The position numbers and the translations under genes were made by a program. The notes beneath the pieces are model-generated. The model was given only the letters and a program-made list of their open reading frames with translations. It did no database searches and was not told the origin of the DNA. This document shows positions 27,992-39,111 of a stretch of DNA of 64,000 nt, in pieces. The stretch comes from Pelomyxa schiedti. Its lineage: Eukaryota; Protista; Evosea. Position 1 is the first letter of the stretch. Every line of letters begins with the position of its first letter. Where the stretch lies: positions 1-64,000 of the forward strand of contig JAHLWZ010000751.1 of the NCBI GenBank assembly GCA_020536535.1. Reading direction: 5' to 3'.

Positions 27992-30900
27992 TCATGGGAG
28001 GCCCAGTGACAGTAAGGCCTAAGGTTCATTAGGAGCATTCAACAAAGGGAGACACAAACCTCCTTGAGAGAAGCTGGAAAACTTGATAGCACGTTGGCCC
28101 AGTTCTGGGCACCAATCAACGTGTGTATTTGTACAAGGGTATCCAACAGCATTTGTTTTACTTGTGGGGAAGGTTGGTTACTCAGCACACTGTCACAAAA
28201 GTACGGCAAAACAGAAACACTTGATGCTGAGTTGTGTCGAAAAAGTGAACACAGTCCAATCAACACAGTGTCCCTGTGCCTGCCGGCTTTCTTTCGAATT
28301 AATACACAAAGATCCTAGTAGATATTTAAGAGTGGTTACTAAAGTGGTTTCATACTCTTAGGTGTTCCGGGGTCATTAAATTTGTAGCTGATGTTGGTGC
28401 AATGAAGCAGATTTGACATAGGAGAACTGCAGAGTTTCGCAACAGACTTCTGCTTTACTATAAAAACGGCAATTTGGCACTTATTCTGTATAAACCTGTG
28501 TGCCTTGCAGTTGGATTGAATAGCAATCAAATTCCCAATAAGAACTGGGCCCCACACTTGAAAATTTTCATGGTAGTGGATAACGGTTTCACTCAGGGCA
28601 AAACAAGCATGTGTGCACACAGTAACGAGATCTTGGTAAAACTTTTATTTTTAAAAAAATATAGAAGAAAGAGAGGTATTAGGCCGATGAGAGGGCGGCT
28701 CACCTGGATTGATACTTTCCAGAAGGACAGGCATGATGAAACTTAATGACGGGGCAATGTCGGGCACACAAAAAAAAAATAACTCGCCAAAAAGGGCAAA
28801 GCAGCTTTCAAGTAAACTTGGAAAATGAATATTCTTAAGGACATGTCAGTCAGAATAGAGCACAGGAAATAATACCCTTTTTGCTAAGCATGCACATAAA
28901 AGTGGAGGAATATTGAACTGCCTGAAAAGAGGGACAATAGGCTCCCGCATTACTTGAAATATACTACAAAGAAGGTTAAGTGCCATTTCTAGAGCTTCCA
29001 AATTCATCCCCTGGAATTGTAAGATAAGAGAGGTAGTGTTGGAAGAACTCATACAGAGGTTAGAGTGTTCGAGATTAAACCCGAACAGCGCCCAACAAGT
29101 GAAGGCGCATAAGGGGCAAATGTTTGTCCCATTGCAGCAACAATAGCAGTAAAACATTCCATTAAAGGGGCCAATTCTGTACTGTGTATGTTTAGAAAAT
29201 AGTCAAATATCACATACATTGATCCAGTACTTGTCATCAGGAAGGGAGTGCCATTTTGTTCCCAAAGGAGTAAGTAACAGACTTTGGAGAACAGGTGATG
29301 CAGCAACTGCGTCACAAGCACAATCAACAACAGCAGATATGGCCTCATAAAGTGGATACCCCTCACCATTCTTCTGTGATAGTGCCAACATTAAACCACT
29401 CAAAACACTGTTGATGTATGGCATTTGTAGATCCTGGTCTATTAGTTTTTCTGCTACGTGCGTTATAGACCTGAAGGAAATTGAATTAATATAAGGTAAA
29501 CTTCTGAGAAAGGGAAGATAAACCGGCAAGCAGAATCTCTCACTGTCTGGGAAAGGTCGTTATTGATGCAGGTAATGATCCCAGCAAGTATTGGTTGCAC
29601 AATTTGTTCTCCCAGAGATAAAAGACTAACAGCATAACGAGACAAAGTCCAACAAGTGGTCGACCGCACATGAATCTATGTTGGTTAATAAAATGAAATA
29701 ATTAGCAGTGCACAACCTGTGGGTGGAATAATTGTGCTGTAAGGAATGCCGACAAATCTGAAATGTGTAGTAAAACTCCCTGTTTGCATCCTTCAGAAAT
29801 TGCACCAAGGATGAGGATCCCGCACTCTACAACTAGAAAAAATCACAAGGATGTCAAAATCCACTCTAGATACATTGCCATTTATCCGACTTCAGCAACC
29901 CGGATGCAATGGGAAGGAGAACAGGAAGACATAGATCCTTAAAATAGAAAGCTACGGAATCCAAAGCTGCCACAGCAGATTTCCGAATTGTCCACTCGGA
30001 GTTAGAATCACTACAAAAAATTAGAGAAGAGATAGCATGTGACAAAAGGATAGTGATACTATTCAGAGCTCTCCAAGTCCAGTGCATTTGCGTCAGTTAG
30101 GACCATTTTCTTAGGTAATAACTGCAGAATTCTAGGTTTTGTGGAAAAAGAAACATTATTCCAAGGCTTCATGGAAGTTTACTCACTGGGTTAAGTATGG
30201 TCTCAAACTTTCTGCACAAGTGTCGGATGAAAAAATAAGGAGCCAGAATTCACATGCCTCTAGCCCTATTTCTTCGTCAAGATCCTGAAGGCTTTAACAT
30301 AAAATTAGAAGGCAAAGTAATTGATTACATCAGTGCAAGTCAGCATGTAAGAAACAACAGTTGGCATGTGTGGTAATAGGCATTCAGAGTGGAGTTCAGC
30401 AAGGCAACCAAATATTTTGCACAAAGCGAGCTTCACCCTCAATGACTTATCTACCGTCAGCATGACTAGATTCTATTTGAGCTCTCGATTAAAGGTGTTT
30501 GCAATATAGATTTTAGGAAGCTCTCACTTGCATCAGCGAGTCAATTCTCTCTCCAACAGTATCTGGCATAGAGGCAATAAATTCATAAATGCACATTAAT
30601 GAATAATAGCGGAAAGGTTCTGAGTATATGGTGGGATGACTTATGGTGAGGTTGAAAGGTAACCGTGTGTGGATTCAAGAGACTTAACGAGAAGTGGGAA
30701 AATGGTCAGAATAGGCTTTCCCATAGCGCCGTTGTCAAAAGATGATGTGTGATCCTCACAGAGTATGTGTAGGAGGTACAGGCCTCCTTCGACGCAATGG
30801 ACATTGGAATCACAAATTAAGCATGTAACATATGGAAGTAATTCAGGCCAGTCTTTTTTAAACCAAGGAAGAGTCAGCTACACTGATCAATTTAACAAGG

Positions 30901-31329
30901 CATACCAAGGAAGGATCTCGGAAGCCTTCCAACCAGTACGGTAATTACGTTTGCTACTGCACGTCTGACAGCAAGAGAACTATCAGCAATAAGTGGCAGG
31001 ATGGCTGTCTTGATCGCTGCCATTGCTGGCGACGTGGCTGGCACATGCAACATCGCATTTTTTAGGAGAAGTGCAGCCACCTCACGAATGACTTGGGGTT
31101 GGTCAGCTGAATGAAGGGCAAGGAGCAAAAAATTTGACCAATCAGGGAGGCGTCCCAATCTCTCGTGTTGCTGAAAAAGGTTCAGGACTGCGACATAAAA
31201 AGCGCAGCACAACAAAAGAAAATTGTTACGTACGACACGAACGGTTTCCTGCTTGGTTGGATCTAGTGTGTCTCTTAGGAATTCATTCACTTGCACAACA
31301 ACATCTGGCGATGGCGACCACCCACTCAT
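27992..31329 (-). CDS. TNPO1: transportin-1 / karyopherin-beta2-like HEAT-repeat import receptor
   Basis: REVAALLLKN, DWPELLP, ILCED, EWTIRKSAVAALD, ILGAISEGC, TCWTLSRYA, LMECFTAIVAAMG. Confidence 0.85.
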
Positions 31330-31495
31330 TATCCAATAATTTATTCGAAAAGAAGTCAAAACAAATGCATCTGGACTTGTTTTTTTTTGCAGAAAGATCA
31401 GAGCCGAAGGGGCACACGGCAGGGAAGTGGTGTCATTGTAAAATCACAACGATTTCCCAGTGGTAAGGGATGGGTTTCACTTGCGACGTGTCGGT

Positions 31496-33815
31496 TCAAA
31501 GATGAAGTGACGACAGGCTCAAAGTGCGAGGCATTGATGTAGATGTGGATATGATTGAGAGCCTCCTGTGTGGTGATTGTTCGTTAATCATATCTTGGCT
31601 TCTTACAAGCTCAAATGCAGTGGCTGAGGTTGGGAAGAAGGGTAGGGATTAGGGAAAATTCAAGGATTAAAGGCATATTCTGGGAGTACACACAGTTTGG
31701 AGTTGATAACAATTTGCTTTTGAGCTCGGCGAGTCTTTGCTGCCTGGGGGGATTTTGGGTAAGCAATAGCGAGCATAAAGGTCACATTAAATTCACGCAC
31801 CTAACGGCGCGATCCTGCAACTGGTGGCGTATGTTGGCCAACTTTGCAGCTAATGAAGCATCTAATGCGGCATCTTCTGGAGAAAGACCAACAGCTTTTT
31901 CCGCCTTGATTGAAACTACAAGATCCGAGAGCACACTGACCACTAAAGCCTCATAAGAACGGCATGGATTCAAATAGACAAGGTACTGTATTGCATCAAG
32001 TGGGGAAGGGCATATGAAAACGGGTCCACCAAATCAGGTAAGTAAAACGGGTGCGGGGATTCAACAAATTGTTCAAACTCATAGCTGTCATCCCACAGGG
32101 TCATAACTGCCCCCTTTCAAGATGCACAAATTTGAGTGCCCTGTTATTTTACTGATTGGCATACTTTGTTTTTGTATACATCGCAGTAGTTTGGACAGGA
32201 AAATAGTGTTATAACAGGAGGCATATCAAACTCCTCCAGGTAATGCTCCTGGGGGATGTTACTAAACACCAAAAAGAAGAAAAAAACCTTAAAGCCTGCT
32301 TCTACAACTTGGTGAGCCCGAATAATTCCGACAAGGTTGTTTACTTTCAAAAAAGATTTTAGAGCTGCGGGACCATAGAACCATGACGTTTGGCGGGGTG
32401 TATTTTGTACAAAATCCGTTTCTCGCCAGGCCTGCCCTTAACAATGAGTCGTGGATGTGAAAGAGAATAAAGAACCCTGAGTTCTTCTGGTGTTGCATTC
32501 ACAGGAAGTTCTTCAAGTGGATCTGACCACAGTAGATCACTGTGATAAACTCTTAAATTTAATCAAATACAGAGTATGTCTACCAAAGAGGGCCTTCCGT
32601 CTCAGGTTCCTTGAAACGATCAATCAACTCAATCTCTCTAATCTACCAGAAGTGTAAAGCGAATTTCAATACACAAGCTTGGACTTATTCCACCATGAAC
32701 AGCCATATAAGTTCCAACACCAGCAGAGTGCAGAAGTGCACATAAAGGAAGAGCATCAAAGAGGGCCAAGAATTCTTGATACAGCTCTTCCGAGTTGTAT
32801 TTAGTCTCACCTTTGCTGAGTCAACGTCAAAGGAAAGATGTGAACTCACACTCAAGAGCAAAAGTCATGTACTCAGCCATCATCCTTGTTTCATGATTAC
32901 CCCTTAACATGAAAATTTGTTGGGGGAAGTGGAGTTTGAGTGCAAGCAGTAGAAAAATGATTTCCGATGAGAAGGCACCTTTTTCCCTACTATTAGCACT
33001 ATTGTGCTTTGAGCAACAAAGTAAAACCTCTGTCAACATAATCCCCCAAGAGCAGGAGCTTTCTATTGCACCAGGTTTTTAAGTCACCAAGCATTTCAAG
33101 TAAGTCGTAAAACTGTCCATGTGTATCCCCAATTACTTATTTAGGGTAAGGCAAGCTGAATAAAGCTGTCAAAAAAAAAATTAAGTTTACTAACTAGTTA
33201 CTTCTGCGTGGAGGAAAAGCACATTCGGTTCTGCTGCAATCAGTTCTCTTCCCATTTTTACCAACTTGATTGCAGCAGGGATGTCAAGTTTTCCTATAGA
33301 AAGTTTAGAGTTAGTAAAAGTGCTGATAAGAGTCAGACGGTTCCTCTCCCTACTCAGGAAGAGGGCGCCAAACTGAACAAGAAAGGGAAATACCTTCGCG
33401 TGCAAGGTGACCTCGTAGAATGTTCAAATTTGGCAGCTCATCATTTGAGAAAAGAAGTTCAGTGGTCAGAGGTCTTGTTTCGGGAATAGGGACAGCCTGA
33501 TAGTGTCAAGAGACAGAAAAGAAAGTGAGTTGAGGTTTTTCTTATTTTTTATTTTTATTTATTTTCTTTAAAACAAAAACCTACCGATACAACTCTCTCA
33601 GTTCCAACCTGCCTGGGCACAAGTTGGGTGTAATCTCTCCTTCCTGCTCTGTTTTTTTTGTTGTTGTTTTTTGTTTTGCCAGTGAGGAAAAGCCAGCATG
33701 CCGAGGCCAAAAACCAACCACTGACAAACCCATTTTGATCTTGGTCTGGCACACTGAATGCTGACAATGGCGTGGTGTGGCATGACACGCTCTTCGGCAT
33801 CTTCCTGCTCATCAT
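31496..33815 (-). CDS. calcineurin A-like (PP2B) catalytic subunit
   Basis: GDTHGQFYDL, LGDYVDRG, LRGNHE, DLLWSDP, IRAHQ, ITLFSCPNYCDVYKNK, SPHPFYLPD.VDPFSYALP (CnB-binding region), FELVRSQDMINEQSP (autoinhibitory-domain-like). Confidence 0.88.
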
Positions 33816-34090
33816 CTTTTTTTTTTCTTGTGCTTTTTTACGCTGGGTTGCAGTGCAACACGGGGATCCAGGAAACCCTGTTCCGTGAAGGAACACTTGT
33901 ATTGATTCTTGTCAAGATCCTCTCAGAGGTGAATACTGGTTACAAGCCCATCACCTACAGGACTCAGTGGTGTGCTATCTCGAGAGCCAAAGATCTGTCG
34001 GACTCAGAGAGATCTTAATCAAATCCAGTGGAAGAAAGATCAAACCCCCCTTTCACGTGCAACGGCACAGGTGTCGTCTCTGCGAAGGAA

Positions 34091-34904
34091 ATGGGATCGA
34101 GGATAGGAAAGGTTTTCGCGCAGAAAGAAATCCGTATGGTGATGCTTGGTTTAGACAATGCGGGAAAAACAAGTTGAGTTGGTCTCCGTCATTTGTCCTC
34201 TTCCCCTTAACTTCTCTTTCGAAACACTCGTGCCTTTCTAACCACACGCACACACTCCCATAATTTGGAAACTTTGGGGGTACTTATATTCGTGTAGCCG
34301 TCTTGTATAAACTAAAACTCGGGACTCTGAGTGTGTGCACAACAGCCACGTTAGGCTTCAATGTAGAGTCGATTAACTACAAAAAACTAAAATTCACTGG
34401 TATGCATCCTCCCTTTATGTTGAACTTTTTTTTTTTTTAAGAAATACAAAAGTTTGGGATGTTGGAGGGCAGGACAGGTTGCGACCCTTGTGGGCTCAAT
34501 TTGTATTTCTCTAAAACATTCGTTCTGTTGATGCTAACTTACTGCTTTAGTTTGAAGGGACACATGCCCTGATTTATGTAATTGACAGCTGTGACCATTC
34601 AAGAATTGAAGAGGCACATAAAGAGTTCATGAGCGTCATCACTGCCCCATCGATGGTTAATGCAATCATTCTAGGTATGGCATGACTGAATTACTTTTGG
34701 TTGTGGTAAACACTGATCCTTTCTATAGTATTTGCCAACAAGAATGATCAACCACACGCCCTAGGAGTGGAAGAAATTACAAACGCATTCTCCCTGGACA
34801 AGCTTTCACACAGGATTCTTCACGTTCAGTCCTGTTCTGCCCTCACAGGAGATGGAATAGAGGCGGGCATGGAGTGGTTGTATAGTCAACTTCACACTCC
34901 ATGA
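34091..34904 (+). CDS. Arf-family small GTPase (5 exons, missed by the ORF track)
   Basis: MGSRIGKVFAQKEIRMVMLGLDNAGKT, TLGFNVE, WDVGGQDRLRPLW, VFANKND, SCSALTGDGIEAGMEWL. Confidence 0.93.
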
Positions 34905-35751
34905 AGATTGGCCTGTCAACCCAAATGTGTAATTTTGTAACAAATTGAGATTTTGACTTGCTGTGGAATAACAATATTGGACGTTTCAGTCAAAAACCCG
35001 CCACACAAACAAAAAACGAGAACTATCATCAAAATCAAACGAAATGCACTGGGTGCGCCCAGTGGATAAACTTGTTTTTTGTTGGTTGTTTTTATTTTTC
35101 ATTCATTATGCCGTTTTTTGACTGAAACGTCCAATACCAAACGCTGTCCATTGTCGAGCCAGTTGCCACGCCCACTCCGTCGTTGGGCTACCAAAAAACG
35201 CCACCCCAAAAACTCAGTTACGAGAACCACTACAACAAAACGAAACAGTATCGAAGGCCTAGAAGGCACCTCGTCGTTTCAATGCAAACTCACCCCATTG
35301 GTGTGCCTCGAGGCGGCCGCGGGCCGTGGCGTGGTGCCGGGAACCGGCGGCAGGGAGCCCAAAGGTGCCGCGGAGGAGGCAAACGATAGTGACGTACGTG
35401 ACCCTGCGGGACTTGACTTGGCGCCATGTGTGGGCCATTGGGGGCACGACAGGTCAAATCACCAAATCGGGCGCTATGACTCAAGGAACTCCCCCCGCGC
35501 CGTCATCAGCCACCCAACGTCAGTCACTGGCCAATGACTTGATTCACTCCTTCGACTCTGCAACCTGCCTGTGGTGGCACTTGGGGGTCTATGGGAGAGA
35601 CCACACCAAAACCACTCGATGCACTCCCCTCGTACCCTATTAATAATGTCTAGACTGCATCGAAATCCGGAGCCGGCGACTGCACATAACTATTGGTCAA
35701 CACCCAGATCAAAACCCCGGACCAGACATCAAAATCATAAAAACCAAAAAA

Positions 35752-36284
35752 ATGCCATCGTGGGTCTATGTGGCGGATCTGCACAAAGGCACTACCACGG
35801 CGATGATAACGGCTGCCATCAAAAAACTGGTTGACAAAAGGATCGTCACGATAACCGGGTACAACTACGCCCTTTTTTCTTCTTTTCTTTTTTTTTTTTT
35901 TCTTAACGTCACCACAGAACCTGTATTGTGCATGACGCAAAGAGATCTAGATACCACCATGGCACACCCAGTCATAGGTGGATCGAATTTGGGGTCGAGA
36001 GCGAGCGTGACCAACTGCTTCGCCTTGGTGTTCTCAAGTACAAGATGTCTGCAACTGAAGAATTCACGGCCCCTATAGTTCTCAAGGCTGACCCGCCGCC
36101 CAGCCTGCTCCTGCCGGTTGTCCTCGCTATCGAGCCTCCACATCCCCAGCCTCCTATGCCTAAGCTCTCAGCCACCACAGAGGAAGCTGTACCCGGGAGC
36201 ATAGCGGGCACAACTGCCGCCACAACATCACCCACTACAACTACCTCTTATCATGAAGAGGATGGCGTTATCGTGATCGACTGA
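35752..36284 (+). CDS. small protein with divergent RRM-like domain and Pro/Thr-rich tail
   Basis: Intron 35859-35917 joins ORFs 35752 and 35928 in frame; RNP2-like VYVADL and RNP1-like SHRWIEF at RRM spacing. Confidence 0.5.
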
Positions 36285-37622
36285 TACTGATGCACACACC
36301 GTAAGGGTCTTTCCCAGTCTGCACAAAGAACTGCCCCGTTGTCTCGCGGCCCCTTTGCCTATTGAAGGAAATACATTTTTGAAGAATTTTTTGTCACATA
36401 CATTATCAGCGAGGTACGAAGGTGCTTAACGGCGGCAGTCGTCGTGATTTGACGTTCCAAAAACCAACCAAAACAACAAGAGACACAGAGTCCTCATCAT
36501 CATCATCATCATCTCTCCAACTCTCTCCAGTTTCCACCAGAAGAATCGTGGGTGGTGGTTTCCCAGCCCAATCGGCAGAGCCGCGGCCAAGAAACATCAA
36601 CCACAACCCCTCCAGTTTCCACCAGAGAGATGTCAGATATTGGAGAGCAATCCACAGCAAGTAATCCTCCAATAATCGCAGTAATCCATGATAAGCAAGC
36701 CAAGCCAGCAAAGGTATAACCACAATACGAAATTTCATCCAAATAATGAATGCAAATTAGGTTAAAAAGGAATTGAATACCCAATAGAAGCCTGTAATTG
36801 CCACCTAAAAGCCTTCTTGACAGTGTTTCAAAAGCACTGTACGCGGCGGAGTTGTACAAAACGGAAAAGGCTTTTGTGTTTACTGCAAGGAGGTAAGGAA
36901 ATAACAACAAACACTGCGGAACAATACAACAGCCAACAAAAAACGAAACACCAAAATTCGAGGCACACATACGCGGCACACACAAGAAAAGTAGATAGAA
37001 CCAACCCGGACCGCCTTGTTGCCGCTCGTGTTTTGTTATTTGGTTTTTGTTATGATTTTGTACCTTTTTGCGCTTTAATTATTCTCCCCGAGAAAAATTT
37101 CGAAAATTTTGCAACTGGGACAGTAGCACTAAGGGGAAAAAAGTTCGGAGGTACACTTAGGAAGTGGGCCCAGAAGACTGTTAGAACTTTAGAACTCACA
37201 GTAAGAAACATGCGGGTCCAACACCACAGGACAGCCATCTGAGGCAAAACCACACTGCCGGGTGTGATCCTTGGAAGGAAAAGGGGAGCCTGAGAGCAAC
37301 TCCGCCGAGGAATGATTCTGGGTTCCTGAGCCCTTGATGATTTCCCACAGCTGCACCATTGGGTTCCTCCGCACCCAAACCCACTACCGGTGCAAGAAGT
37401 AAGGGATTCCCCAATACCGGGGTAACAAGGGAGCGGTGAGACTAGGTTCTGGGACTCATTGTTGGTTCCTTGGGTTGTAACCCACTTTGGACTTGCATCC
37501 CCATCATTCAATCCGATGCCCTTCCTTGTAGATAGTCTCACAGGCTCAGGTTGCACGACCACAGTGTACCTCTCTTATTCTTCTTCGTGAAAACCGGAAA
37601 CTTCGATTGATTTCCCATAAGA

Positions 37623-38959
37623 ATGGCACGCGGCCGTGTGATGATACGAGGAGCGGTGGCATTGGGGGCGTTCCTGACTGCCTCGATTATTGTTGTGTGT
37701 GAAATATACTGGCTGTCGTCGGGTACATCCGCAGGATCGGGCGCACATCCGCAGGGATTTCCGCCTGGACCGCGGGTTCCCGGCCCACGCACGACCGACA
37801 CCCCCGCCCGCCCCTCCGCGGGGCGCTTTCTCGAGGGCCCCCCTGCAGCGAGAGACATCTACGCGGTGGGGGACCTGCACGGCGACTTGGCCGGGGCCCA
37901 GAGGGTGCTGCGGGCGCTGGGGCTGCTGCGGCCCCGCCGAGCCCGCCACGGCGAAGGAGGCCGGGGCGGGGGCGGGGGCGGGGGGCAGGCCGCGGGGCCC
38001 ACTGGGGACTGGGAGTGGGCCGGCGGCGACGCGGTCCTGGTGCAAATGGGCGACCTGGTGGACCGGGGGAACCACTCCATGGAGGTGCTGGACCTGTTGA
38101 TGGGCCTGGCTGCTCAGGCCGAGAGCGAAGGTTCTGAGTTTTTCCTTTGCCCCCCCCCACTGTTGCCATTTTTCTGTGTGGGATTGCCTTGTGGGGCTAC
38201 ATTATTCTAGTCCTTCACTCACCTACAGGCATTCACGCGCAGGTGGGGCTGTAAGGGTTTGTCTTGGAAACCACGAGGCATGGTTTGCACTGCATAATAC
38301 TGAATTATTACTATGAATGTCTCTGACCATGGTCTTGTTACTACTCTCTAGATGATGAACCTCGCAGGAAATTTGCGCTATGTATCTGCTGGAGACACCC
38401 AAGCTTTTGGGGGTGCAGCCGCAAGGAAAAAAGCCTTTTCTGCAGAAGGACACTATGGAAAATGGGTTCGCTCCATGATGAAGGCAGTGGTCATAGAGGG
38501 TGACACTGTATTTGTGCATGGAGGACTTTTACCTGCAGTTGCAGAGCTTGGAGTTGCCCGCGTGAATAGATTGATCAATATAGAATTGCGCAAGGCTGCT
38601 GGGGACTTTGACACAAATGAAACTGTGGATGAAAGTGGATATTCTGAGGGTTTTTCCTGGCTCTTGGGGAATAAAGGACCAATGTGGAACAGAGATATTG
38701 CAAAAGGTGATTGTGACTCTATGCATAAATCTCTCAAAATTCTGGGTGTGAGTAGAATGGTTCTTGGCCACAGCTTCCAGGAGGTTGATAGTGGTTTTTT
38801 TTATCCTCCTTGATACTTACATTTTCTCAGAGGGGTGTCACAAGTGCCTGCAATGATTCTCTATGGCTTATTGATGTTGGTATTTCTGCAAGCTTTGGCT
38901 CCCACACTCAAGCAATTAAAATAAAAGGAAACGAGGTTTCTATTATCTCTGGTTCCTAA
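37623..38959 (+). CDS. Shewanella-like metallophosphoesterase (SLP) with N-terminal signal anchor
   Basis: GDLHGD, QMGDLVDRG, LGNHEMMNL, FVHGG, GPMWNR, RMVLGH, IDVGIS; hydrophobic VALGAFLTASIIVV near the N-terminus. Confidence 0.88.
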
Positions 38960-39111
38960 CTTTCTACCTTCCTATCACTCTTATTTTTGGTTTTTTCCCT
39001 TCTTGTTGTGTACCGAAATCTGTGCGCAGATCTGATCAATCTTACAGTTCTGTAAATACGAAAAAGTCAAGTCGAGTTGTGTTTTTACGATAAAGAAAAA
39101 ATAAAAAAACC

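Noticed and set aside
35044-35643. Short ORFs upstream of the RRM-like gene
   Set aside because: No recognisable motif or consistent splice model.
36406-37562. Minus-strand hydrophobic ORFs with a 16-bp internal repeat (ctccagtttccaccag)
   Set aside because: Competing frames and no family match; a gene call cannot be supported.
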